Assembly: GCF_044704955.1 (NCBI RefSeq)
Contig: NC_091997.1
Coordinates: 25,048,001-25,112,000 of the forward strand
Length of the DNA: 64,000 nt
Source of the DNA: Pristiophorus japonicus
Taxonomy: Eukaryota
Direction of reading: 5' to 3'
Shown here piece by piece: positions 35,805-48,060 of this stretch. A program made the translations under genes and the position numbers. Each line of letters opens with the position of its first letter. Within the stretch, counting starts at the first letter, position 1. A model generated the notes under the pieces. The model saw only the letters and a list, made by a program, of their open reading frames with translations. It did no database searches and was not told the DNA's origin.

Positions 35805-38800
35805 GTATCCTTTTTCCAATGCATTTATTTTGTTATAAGTCGTTTTCTTCTGATAGCTAAAGTTACTTTGGTCATATTCTTAATGGGCAAAGAAGTTGTG
35901 GCTTCTTAACTTACAATACAATACTTAAACCTAGTATGGCACGTTCCATTATATTTATGTAACATTCTTGGTTTGGGGCCACTGACAATCAGCAACAACT
36001 GCCCAGATAAAAAATATTCAGGATGAATATAAAAAGTACAGAGGAGGTGAAAAAGGAATTAAGAGGGGCAAAGACAGTATGAGAATAGATTGGTGGCCAA
36101 CATAAAATGGAATCCAAAGGTCTCTTATAGGCATATTACAGTAAACAGGTTGTCAGAGGAGTGGTGGAACTGATTAGGGACCAAAATGGAAATCTACTGG
36201 TGCAGGCAGAAGGCAGGGCTGAGGTACTAAATGAGTACTTTGCATCGGTGTTTGCCAAGGGAGAGGACTTTGGCAAAGTTATGGTAAACAAGGAGATTGT
36301 TGATAAAAATAGACAGAGGTACTAGAAAGACTTGCAGTACTTATAGTGGATAAGTCACCCAGTCCGGATGGATGCATCCTAGATTGCTGAGGAAAGTAAG
36401 AGTAGAAATTGCAGAGGTGCTGGCCACAATCTTCCAATCCTCCTTAGATACAGGGGTGGTGCCAGAGGACCGGAGGATTGCAAATGTTACACCCTTGTTC
36501 AAAAAAAAAGAGAAGGATAAACCTGGCAATTGCAGGCCAGTCTGTTTAACGTCGGTGGTGGGGAAGCTTTCAGAAACAATAATCCAGGAGAAACTTAACA
36601 GCCACTTGGACAAGCATGGACTAATAAAGGAGAGCCAGCATGGATCTGTTGAGGGCAAATCGTGTTTGACTACATTGACTTTTATGATGAGGTAACAGAG
36701 AGGTTGGATGAGGACAGCGCAGTTGATGTGTATTTTCAAAGGGCATTTGATAAAGTAATACTTACTCGGCTTGTTAGCAAAATTGAAGCCCATAAGATAA
36801 AAGGGGCAGTAGGGGCATCGATACTAATTCGCAATCTTGTGCGAGGCCCCTTGGGGAAGAGTGACCATAATATGGTAGAATTCTTTATTAAGATGGAGAG
36901 TGACACAGTTAATGCAGAAAATAGGGTCCTGAACTTAAGGGAAGCTAACTTCGACGGCATGAGACGTGAATTGGCTAGAATAGACTGGCAAATGATACTT
37001 AAAGGGTTGACAGTGGATAGGCAATGGCAAACATTTATAGATTACATGGATGAACTTCAACAGTTGTACATCCCTGTCTGGAGTAAAAATAAAACAGGGA
37101 AGGTGGCTCAACTGTGGCTAACAAGGGAAATTAAGGATAGTGTTAGATGCAAGGAAGAGGCATATAAATTGGCCAGAAAAAGCAGCAAACCTGAGGACTG
37201 GGAGAAATTTAGAATTCAGCAGAGGAGGACAAAGGGTTTAATTAGGAAGGGGAAAATAGAGTACGAGAGGAAGCTTGCTGGGAACATAAAAACTGACTGC
37301 AAAAGCTTCTATAGATATGTGAAGAGAAAAAGATTAGTGAAGACAAATGTAGGTCCCTTACAGTCGGACTCAGGTGAATTTATAATGGGGAACAAAGAAA
37401 TGGCAGACCAATTGAACAAATACTTTGGTTCTGTCTTCACGAAGGAAGACACAAATAACCTTCATGATGTACTAGGGGACCGAGGGTCTAGTGAGAAGGA
37501 GGAACTGAAGGATATCCTTATCAGGCGGGAAGTTGTGTTGGAGAAATTGATGGGATTGAAGGCCGATAAATCCCCGGGGCCTGATTGTCTGCATCCCAGA
37601 GTACTTAAGGAAGTGGCCCTAGAAATAGTGGATGCATTGGTGATCATTTTCCAACAGTCTATCGACTGGATCAGTTCCTATGGACTGGAGGGTAGCTAAT
37701 GTCACACCACTTTTTTAAAAAGGAAGAGAAGGCGGGCAATTATAGACCGGTTAGCCTGACATCAGTAGTGCGGAAAATGTTGGAATCAATTAATAAGGAT
37801 GAAATAGCAGCGCATTTGGAAAGCAGTGACAGGATTGGTCCAAGTCAGCATGGATTTATGAAAGGGAAATCATGCTTGACAAATCTACTGGAATTTTTTG
37901 AGGATGTAACTAGTAGAGTGGACATGGGAGAACCAGTGGATGTGGTGTATTTGCACTTTCAAAAGGCCTTTGACAAAGTCCCAGATAAGAGATTGGTGTG
38001 CAAAATCAAAGCACATGTATTGGGGGTAATGTACTGGAGTGGATAGAGAATTGGTTGGCAGACAGGAAGCAGAGAATTGGGATAAACAGGTCCTTTTCGG
38101 AATGGGAGACAGTGACTAGTGGAGTGCCGCAGGACTCAGTGCTGGGACCCCAGCTCTTTACAGTATACATTAATGATTTGGATAAAGGAATTGAGTGTAA
38201 TATCTCCAAGTTTGCAGATGACACTAAACTGGGTGGTGGTGTGAGCTGTGAGGAGGATGCTCAGAGGCTGCAGGGTGATTTGGACAGGTTAGGTGGATGG
38301 GCAAATGCATGGCAGATGCAGTATAATGTGGATAAATGTGAGGTTATCCACTTTGGTGGCAAAAACATAAAGGCAGAATATTATCTGAATGGCGGCAGAT
38401 TAAGAAAAGGGGAGGTGCAACGAGACCTGGGTGTCATGGTTCATCAGTCATTGAAAGTTGGCATGCAGGTACAGCAGGCGGTGAAGAAGGCAAATGGCAT
38501 GGGGATTTGAGTATAGGAACAGGGAGGTCTTTCTGCAATTATACAGGGCCTTGGTGAGGCCTCACCTGGAATATGGTGTTCAGTTTTGGTCTTCTAATCT
38601 GAGGAAGGATGTTCTTGCTATTGAGGGAGTGCAGCGAAGGTTCACCAGACTGATTCCAGGGATGGCTGGACTGACATATGAGGAGAGACTGGATCAACTG
38701 GGACTTTATATACTGGAGTTTAGAAGGATGAGAGGGGATCTCAGAAACGTATAAGATTCTAACGGGACAGGTTAGATGTGGGAAGAATGTTCCCGATGTT

Positions 38801-40891
38801 GGGAAAGTCCAGAACCAGGGGATACAGTCTAAGGTTAAGTGGTAGGCCATTTAGGACTGAGGTGAGGAGAAACTTCTTCACTCAAAGTTGTTAACCTGTG
38901 GAATTCCCTGCCGCAGAGAGTTGTTGATGCCAGTTTATTGGATATATTCAAGAGGGATATGGCCTTTACGGCTAAAGGGATCAAGGGGTATGGAGAGAAA
39001 GCAGGAAAGGGGTACTGAGGTGAATGATCAGCCATGATCTTATTGAATGGTGGTGCAGGCTCGAAGGGCCGAATGGCCTACTCCTGAACCTATTTTCTAT
39101 GTTTTTAAAATTGGCTAAGCAATAGAAAACAGATTTATGAATGGCTGTTTTTCAGACTGGAGGGAGGTATATCGTGGTGTTCCTCAGGGTTCAGTACTGG
39201 GCCCACTATTGTTTTTGATATACATTAATAACTTGGACTTGGGGGTACAGAATACAATTTCGAAATTTGCAGATTAAACGAAACTAGGAAGTGTAGTAAA
39301 CAATGAGGAAGATAGTAATAGACTTCAAAAGGACATAGGCTGGTGGAATGAGCAGACACATGGCAGATGAAATTCAATGTAGGAAAGTGTGAGATGATGC
39401 ATTTTGGTAGGAAGAATGAAGAGAGACAATACAAGCTGAATAGTACATGTCTAAAGGGGGTGCAAGAACAGAGAACTGGGAGTATTTGTGCATAAATCTT
39501 TGAAGGTGGCAGGGCAGGTTAACAACTGGACTTTATAAACAGGGGCATGAAGTACAAAAGCCAGCAAGTTATACTAAACCTATATAAAACACTAGGTCGG
39601 CCCCAGCTGGAGTATTGTATCCAATTCTGGGCACCATACTTTAGGAAGGTCTTGAAGGCTTTAGAGAGGTTTACTTGAGATTTACTTTGGTTTCTGGGAT
39701 GAAGATTACAGTTACGTGGATAGACTGGAGAAGTTGGGGTTGTTCTCCTTAGAGCAGAGAAAGCCAAGAGGAGATTTGATAGGTGTTTGAAATGAAATGT
39801 TTAGACAGAGTAAAAATAAACTCTTTCTAAAGGCCGATAACCAGAGGGCACAGATTGATGATGATTGGCAAAAGAACTAGACATAAGTGACATAAGGGAA
39901 AAAAAATTTATGCAACAAGTGGTTAGGATTTTGGGATGCACTGCCTGATAAGGTGACGGATACAGATTCAATAGTAGCCTTCAAAAGGGAACTGGATAAA
40001 TACTTGAAAGATAATAAAAAAAAATGGCAGGGATATGGGGAAAGCTGGGGAGTGGGACTAACTGGATTGCTCTTCGAGAACCGGCGAAGACTTGATGGGC
40101 TGAATGGCCTCCTTCTGTACTGTACTATTCTATGATTTTATGAGTTCTCCATGTGTAAAAACTGTTGTGCATTACATGGCTGAAGACATTTCAAGACCTG
40201 GTATCACATCACATCACGTAAGCCTGCTGTTAAGCTCCCAGAATCCCACTGCCCAGTCCTCAGATTCCTGCTAGCCTCCAACCTGAATGCCACATTTGCT
40301 CATTAACATGCTAGTTTACTAGTTCTGGGACTACAACTCTCAGCATGTGCCATGCCAGTTCAGTACACAATCCTCTGAAGCGATATAGACTGTAGATTTG
40401 TAAGCATCACAAACTATACGAGTCAAGCGTTGGACTATCTGAGCAACCGCATGCAAGGTATTTATATGAAATTTACAAAAAATAGATAATTCTGATAGGA
40501 CCCTCACCATCACAGTGGGCACATTAGGCACTGTGAGACCATCCATACACAGCCTGACAGTAAATTTGAGTGTTGTAGATGCAGGAAACTGGAAATTACA
40601 TTTGATGTGTCTGATCAGGAAGCAACAGACTCTGGTGGAGCAGGTTAAATTGAAAGTGTGTGTCCCAAGTATATGTATGAAAAAAATCTATGCAGACACA
40701 ACAAGGGCAAGTTATGTTTTAATGCTCTTTTCATAGCTCCTATTTTGTTTGTTTCTTTCAGTTCTCTTTTCTCAAAATAATATATATATAGAATGTAGTA
40801 AATAAATGAAGATTTTTAATCATGGAGAGAAATTATTATTATAGTTACTGGATTGTCAGTTAGTTGGAATAATTCCTTAATTTAACTTTAG
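35805..40891 (+). other. U12-type GT-AG intron of CCDC43
   Basis: 5'ss GTATCCTTTTT; branch point TTCCTTAAT 40873-40881; AG at 40890-40891. Confidence 0.92.
36000..40140 (+). mobile_element. Older CR1 (about 36000-36824 plus 39107-40140) split by a younger CR1 (about 36825-39106)
   Basis: Host RT breaks at ...ggggcatcgatac and resumes at aaaattggctaagc; the insert carries its own RT (KFADDTKL) and cctattttctatgtt tail. Confidence 0.9.
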
Positions 40892-41079
40892 CTCTTTTTA
40901 AAAACACAAACGTTGAGGCTGTTCTTGTTGCAAAAAAAGCCGAAAGGGAGAAGGCTCGGGGAGATGCACAAAAGAAGAAGGAGCAAGATAAACTACAACG
41001 AGAGAAAGACAAGCTTGCAAAACAGGAAAGAAAGGAGAAGGAGAAGAAGAGAACTCAGAAAGGAGAACGGAAGCGGTAA
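40892..41079 (+). CDS. CCDC43: CCDC43 exon 5 (SLFKNTNVE...[33 protein letters not shown])
   Basis: Highly conserved CCDC43 coiled-coil C-terminus, TAA at 41077-41079. Total CDS 654 nt. Confidence 0.96.
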
Positions 41080-41469
41080 AGATGAAGATATTCTGAGGTG
41101 AAGTTTGTATCCACCAGTAATATGGACTGTGTAGCACCCAACAACCTGTGTGTGTGTGTGGGGCAGGAGGGTGGTCTGGTGACATTTGAAAAACATTTTT
41201 CTTCATAAAATGCCAAATTTTTGCAATGTATGGTGTCAAAATTGAAAGTTCAAGGTCACATTTGGAAAAAAATCTTTTTTGATAGGTCTTTTGTTCATCA
41301 TCGGCTGTTCAATTAGGTATTTCAATTTTTTTTGTGTTTCAGTTTGTAGTGTAACACTTATATAAAAATAGCCTACACAGAGGAAACTAGGAGTCAATGA
41401 AACACACACATGCTACAACGCAAACCCTTCAGTGAAGGAAGATTTTCAATTTGATGAAATGTAACTGAA

Positions 41470-41760
41470 GAATAAAGAATTTTCTGGAGACCGAACAATG
41501 CTTCCTTTTTTTAAGACTTACTTTTTATACCAGTTTCCAGATGGCTTTAACCATTTTTGACAAATTAGAACGTCACTTTTTTTTTGAGGGATGGTGTACT
41601 TTCCAGCACTGAAACTGAAATCATCTACTGAATTTATTTGAACTATTATTCACTTTAATTGTATGTTTGAGAAAATAAAGTATTTTTCATTGTAATTCAT
41701 AAGAATAAATGGCAAATTTGTCACCTTGTAAATACAATACTTGTTGTTCTTCAAATAAAG
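41470..41760 (+). terminator. Cluster of candidate poly(A) signals for CCDC43
   Basis: AATAAA near 41470, 41674, 41704 and 41755, downstream of the stop. Which is used cannot be told. Confidence 0.45.
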
Positions 41761-42218
41761 AAAATAATTGCAAATTAGATTAAAGGAAAGCCACTGACAG
41801 CTGTTCCTTTTTAAAACAGCAGTTTTCAACTGGAATCCATTTGACCACCTATTCGCTTTCCTCTCCAGAGGTAGAAAAAAACCCTTTTGTTGTGCTGAAA
41901 CAAACATATAGCTTGGGTTATAATCTTTAAAAAAAAAAATTGAGATTTGAGCTTTCTCTCATTTTTAGTGTGACCATTGTAGAGAGGCAGCTTCCATTAA
42001 GTAGATGGAATATTTTATATCTGTGACTTTGACTAAGTGGACAGTGGGCCACAGGACTAACAATTGCACTATACTGTAGTTAATTGCATAGGATGCCTGC
42101 CACATTTTCTGTCTGTTTCAAAAGGCAGTAAATACCATACTATTAGACCATTTATGTTCAAGCAAAGACTAATAGATTTATTAACAAATAAGGTACTACA
42201 CAGAAGCAATAAGATAGT

Positions 42219-43296
42219 CGGGGTGAAATTGGATAAAGCTCAAAAATGGATGTGGGAAGGGCAACGTCTGCCCGTTCACAGTGGTGCTAAACGCACTGCT
42301 GGTTGGCTTAATGCTTAACGGGGGAACCACTATCGGGTGCAGTTTTATTACTGGCCAATAAAATTTGGCCTAGGCTTTCTGCACTACTTAAAGGGGAGGT
42401 GCTTTGTTGCAGAGACACCTCATTGTCACATTGAAGCCATGACTAAACAGAGAAGAGAGAGGGCAAGGAGGTTCTCTGCAGCACTGGAGGCCTTCATCCT
42501 GGGGCTGCCCAGACGGTCAGGCTCTCTACGTGGTGGTGGGGGGCGGGGAGAGGAGATAGCAGAGGCTGTCAGTATCACGTACACGAGTGCTCACGGTGAG
42601 TAAATGTATCTTCAAATGCCACATCCCATCAACTGCAACACCAGCTTCACACTGCTCAATGCAACACACCTACCAACAATCTCTAGCAATCACGACCTCA
42701 CAATCGGCTTTACCTCACCCTCCCACACTTACCACTGCTGCAAGACTCACCCACATCTCACCTTGCACACACTATCAGCTATTCAACCACGGCAGGTACA
42801 TAATCCAACACATTGCACTGCACTCACTGACACAATTCCCTTTTGCAGGCAAAGGAAGCACACTACTGCCATGAGCAGCAGCAGACGGGTGGAGGGGAAG
42901 CCCGACTGAGCTGGAGAACAGTGCTGGAGATCATTGGATGGGTAGTCATTGAGGCCGGAGCGAGTGGCAAGATTGGAAGCATTGCTGATGATGACAGTAT
43001 GCTCCTAATCCTTCTCAAATCCCACCGCCATCCCACAATCTCTTCTCACTTACAAGCTGCTGATGGTGTAACTGCACAACTTGCTTCCCGCAAACTCTCC
43101 CCTCAACACAACCCGACACGTGTACCTTTCTCCTTTCAGATACTTAAGAATTGTCACCAGCACAACCTGTCCTAGATGTTATGACTCAGGAGTGAAGGAG
43201 AAGAGGCACTGTCACTCGATCTGACACTCTCAGGCACCAGCTCAGACAATGGCACTGCAAACTTTCGAGGGTAGTATAGAGGCGAGACCTGCACGT
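42219..43296 (+). mobile_element. PIF/Harbinger-like relic with a decayed Myb/SANT-like gene
   Basis: GGGGTGAAATT start; RERARRFS..ALEA, EEIAEAVS and EQQQTGGG motifs separated by gtgagt...ttgcag. Confidence 0.55.
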
Positions 43297-44390
43297 TGAG
43301 AGAAAGCAGAGTTAACGTTTTGGGTCGCCTACCATCGTCCAAACTGGAGTGTTCGGAAAGAACAGATTCTTAACAAGCACTGAAAGAGGGAGGCGAAGAA
43401 AGAAAAGGGAGGGTCCGTGATAGGTTGGAAGGCAGGAAAGATGAGAGAGAAAAGGGATGATGGGCCAAATTGAAATGGTAATGCCAGGAGTTGGAAAAAC
43501 ATTAGTCAAGATAGGGTGTGAATGGCGGAATAATGACCAGTTGCCATTAGAGACAAGGAGAAAAAAAGAAACAGGCTCGGGGATGGAAGGCTGCAAAAGA
43601 TCGGCAGCGGTTATGCTCAAATTGTTGAACTTGATGTTGAATCCAGGAGGCTGTAAAGTGCCTAAACGAAAGATGTGCTGTTCCTTGAACTTTGTTGGAA
43701 CAGTGTAGGAGACCGAGGATGGAGAGGTCTGAGTGAGAGTGGAGTGGAGAATTAAAGTGATCAGCGACCGGAAGCTCAGGGTCACACTTGCGGACTGAAC
43801 GGAGGTGCTCGATAAGCGGTCACCCAATCTACGCTTGGTCTCCCCAGTGCAGAGGAAACCACATTGTGAGCAGCAAATACAGTATACTAAATTGAAACAT
43901 GTACAAGTTTCACCTGGAAGGAGTATTTGGTGCCCTGGATAGTGGGAAGGCTGGAGGTAAAAGGGCAGGTGTTGCATCTCCTGCGCTTGCACGGAAAGGT
44001 GCCATGGGAAGGGGAGACCAGGGTGTCGCGGAGCGAGTGGTCCCTTCGGAATGCTGAGAGGGGAGGGGCAGATGTGACGCTGGAGGTGGCGGAAGATGAT
44101 CCGTTGAATGTGGAGGCTGGGGGGTGAAAGGTGAGGACAAGGGGAACCCTGTCATGGTTCTGAGGGAGGGGAAGGCGAGAGCAGATGTGGGAAATAGAAC
44201 GGATACGGTTGAGGGCCATGTTAACCACGGCAGAGAGGAATCCTCTGTTGAAGAAAAAGGAAGACATTTCAGAGGCACTAGTGTGAAAGGTGGCGTCGTC
44301 AGAGCAGATTCGACGGAAACGAAGAAACTGGGAGAATGGAATGACGTCCTTACAGGATGCGGTGTGGGAGAAAGTGTAGTCCAGATACAT
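43297..44390 (-). mobile_element. Penelope-like element 3' part (RT thumb + GIY-YIG), decayed
   Basis: YLDYTFSH..CKDVIPFSQFLRFRRICS; NLVYCICCSQCG.L.TGETKRRLGDR. Confidence 0.88.
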
Positions 44391-45370
44391 GTGGGAGTCA
44401 TTTCAGCCATTCCAGCGTGATCCCACCACCGATCACATCTTCCCCTCCTCACACCTCTCAGTATTCCGAAGGGACCGCTCCCCCGCGACACCCCGGTCCA
44501 TTCCGCAGTCACCCCCAGCACACCCGCCCCTTCCTACAACACCTTCCTGTGCAAGTGCAGGAGATGCAACACCTGCCCTTCTACCTCCTCCCTTCCCACT
44601 ATCCAGGGCCCCAACTACTCCTTCCAGGTGAAACAGCGAATTACTTGTACTTCTTTCAATTTAGTATACTGTATTTGCTGCTCACGATGTGGTCTTCTCT
44701 ACATTGGGGAGACCAAGCGTAGATTGGGTGACTGCTTTGCGGAACACCTCCGTTCAGTCCGCAAGTGTGACCCTGAGCTTCCGGTCGCCTGTCACTTTAA
44801 TTCTCCACTCCACTCCCACTCTGGCCTCTCTGTCCTCGGTCTCCTACACTGTTCCAACGCAAGCTCAACGCAAGCTTCAGGAACAGCATCTCATCTTTCA
44901 TTTAGGCACTTTACAGCAGTCTGGACTCAACATCGAGTTCAACAATTTCAGAGCGTAACCGCTGCCAATCTTTGGCTCCCTTCCGCCCGCCCCCCGAGCC
45001 TGATTCTTTTTTCTCCTTGTCTCTTGATGGCAGTTGATCATTATTCCGTCATTCACACCCTATTTGACTAATGTTTTTCCAACTCCTGGCATTACCATTT
45101 CAATTCGGCCCATCATCTCTTTTGTCTCTCTAATCTCTCCTGCCTTCCACCCTATCACAGACCTTCCCTTTTGTTCTTTCTTCCCCTCCCCCTTTCAGTG
45201 CTTAAGAACATGTTCTTTCCAAACACTCTCTAGTTCTGACAAAGGGTCGTTGACCCGAAATGTTAACTCTGTTTCTCTCCACAGATGCTGCCTGATCCGC
45301 TGAGATTTCCAGCATTTTCTGTTTTTATTCCAGATTCCAGCATCCACAGTATTTTGCTTTTGTATCTGAA
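44391..45370 (+). mobile_element. Penelope-like element 3' part (GIY-YIG endonuclease + terminal repeat), decayed
   Basis: TCTSFNLVYCICCSRCGLLYIGETKRRLGDCFAEHLRSV..PVACHFN; GTLQQSGLNIEF. Confidence 0.9.
45232..45268 (+). ncRNA. Degenerate minimal type-I hammerhead ribozyme motif
   Basis: AGTT-CTGACAA-A-GGGTC-gtt-GACCC-GAAA-TG-TT-AACT; two CpG-type changes from CTGACGA...GAAACGTT. Confidence 0.6.
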
Positions 45371-45879
45371 ATCGAAAACCGGGCTTTAATGCCAGCCGAT
45401 GGTCGTGGAATAGAGTTTGTTTATAGAACCCACAATACAATGAACTATTGTTCAAATATGAAACTGAATCCAATTTTAAATAAGGCATAGTAACTGTAAC
45501 ATGCATATTTTTAATGAAAAGAAAACCTCTGAAATGTAATCTAAATGACTCTTAAGTGGTCATTTAAATAACTACACAAAAATTATGCAGACAATTTGGT
45601 GAGAGGAAACCTTGAGTAATAAAAGCCCAATACTGCAGCCATTGAAATTAATGGACGTAATAGACAAAAAAACGTCAGTAAAAATGGGAGCTAACAGAGT
45701 TGACTATGTTGTTTGTGACTAAATTAATTGAAGGTTGGCTTCAAAAGTTGGCAGTGGGGAAGATCACCCATTACTTCTTGCACCAAGGTTTGTTAAGGTA
45801 CTTTGGGTGCTTTAAAAGCCTGGACAGGAACTTTCCCTAATGGCATCAGACTGATTCTCAGTATGTATGTTGAAATTGA

Positions 45880-48060
45880 GCCAAGAACTAATAGATCGTA
45901 AGCGCAGAGCATTTCTGAGCCTTAAGCAACAACCCAACTCGGGAGCAGCAAAGCAACATTACAGGCGACTCAAGGCTGAGGTCCAACAAAAAACCCGGGA
46001 CCTAAAGAACAGGTGGTGGATGGAGAAAGCACAAGAGATACAACTGGCCAACAGCCATGATGTGCGAGGATTCTTCATCGCAGTCAAGGCCACCTACGGT
46101 CCAAACTCCCAAGGTCCCACCCCACTGCTGGCCAAGAACGTGGAAACACTCATCAAAGACACCGAGGCAGTCAGGGTCGCTGAAAGGCGCACTTCGAAGA
46201 TCCCCTCAATCAAGACTCTGCCTTCGACTCGAGTGTTTTCGACTCCATCCCGCAGCATGCGATCCGCACCACCTCAGTGCAACTCCAACGCCGCACGAGG
46301 TAGGAAACGCCACAAGACAGCTCAAGAATAATAAGAATACGGGAGCGGATGGAATCCCTGCTGAGGCACTAAAGTATGGCGGAGAGGCGCTGTTGGCACA
46401 GATACATGACCTCATCTCTCATCTGGACGGAGGAAAGCAGGCTGGGAGATCTGAGAAATGCAGTGATTGTGACCATCTTTTAAAAAGGAGACAAGTCCGA
46501 CTGCAACAACTACAGAGGAATCTCCCTGTTATCAGCCACTGGGAAAGTTGTCGCTAGAGTCCTCTTCAACCGTCTTCTCTCTGTGGCCGAGGAGCTCCTC
46601 CCAGAGTCACAGTGCGGATTTCGTCCCCTACGGGTTACAACGGACATGATCTTTGCAGCGTGACAGCTGCAGGAAAAATGCAGAGAGCAGCACCAGCCCT
46701 TATATATGGCCTTCTTCGACCTTACAAAGGCCTTTGACACTCAACCGCGAGGGTCTATGGAGCGTCCTCCTCCGTTTCGGATACCCCCAAATGTTCGTCA
46801 ACATCCTCCGCCTACTCCACGACGACATGCAGGCTGTGATCCTTACCAACGGATCCATTACAGACCCAATCCACATCCGGACCGGGGTCGAACAAGGCTG
46901 CGTCAATGCCCCAACCCTCTTCTCAATCTTCCTTGCTGCCATGCTCCATCTCACAGTCAACAAGCTCCCCGCTGGAGTAGAACTAAACTACAGAACCAGT
47001 GGGAAGCTGTTCAACCTTCTCCGACTCCAGGCCAGGTCCAAGACCACCCCAACCTCTCGCCGAACTACAGTACACGGACGATGCCTGCGTCTGCGCACAT
47101 TCAGAGGCTGAACTCCAGGACATAGTCGAGGTATTTACTGAGGCGTACGAAAGCATGGGCCTTATGCTAAACATCCGTAAGACAAAGGTCCTCCACCAGC
47201 CTATCCTTGCCGCCCAGTCATCAAGATCCACGGCGCGGCCCTGGACAACGTGTACCATTTTCCATACCTCGGGAGCCTCTTGTCAACAAAAGCAGACATT
47301 GATGAGGAGATTCAACACCGCTTCCAGTGCGCCTGCGCAGCCTTCGGCCACCTGAGGAAAAGAGCGTTCAAAGACCAGGCCCTCAAATCTACCAGCAAGC
47401 TCATGGTCCACAGGGCTGTAGTTATACCCACCCTCCTGTATGGCTCAGAGACATGGACCATGTACAGTAGACAACTCAAGTCGCTGGAGAAATACCACCA
47501 CCGATGCCTCCGCAAGATCCTACAACTCCCCTGGGAGGACAGACGCACCAACATTAGTGTCCTCGACCAGGCCAACATCCCCAGCATTGAAGCACTGACC
47601 ACACATGATCAGCTCCCCTGGGTGGCCACATTGTCCGCATGCCAGACACGAGACTCCCAAAGCAAGCGCTCTACTCGGAACTCCTTCATGGCAAATGAGC
47701 CAAAGATGGACAGAGGAAACGTTACAAGGACACCGTCAAAGCCTCCCTGATAAAGTGCAACATTCCCACCGACACCTGGAAGTCCCTCGCCAAAGACCAC
47801 CGAAAGTGGAGGACGTGCATCCGGGAGGGCGCTGAGCGCTTCGAGTCTCATCGCCGAGTGCATGCAGAAAACAAGCGCAGGCAGCAGAAAGAACGTGCGC
47901 CAAACCTGTCCCACCCTCCCTTACCCTCATTGACTTATTGTCCCACCTGTGGCGGGGACTGTGGCTCTCGTATTGGACTGTTCAGCCACCTAAGTACACA
48001 TTCTAAGAGTGGAAGCAAGTCTTCCTCGATTCTGAGGGACTGTCTATGATGATGATGATG
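45880..48060 (+). mobile_element. RTE-clade LINE, 2.2 kb, frameshifted RT
   Basis: GADGIPAEALK, AFFDLTKAFD, GVEQGCVNAPTLF, LQYTDD; (ATG)n tail. Confidence 0.93.

Noticed and set aside
36662-37699. 345-aa ORF as a new RT-fusion protein
   Set aside because: A chance in-frame junction between the host CR1 and the nested CR1.
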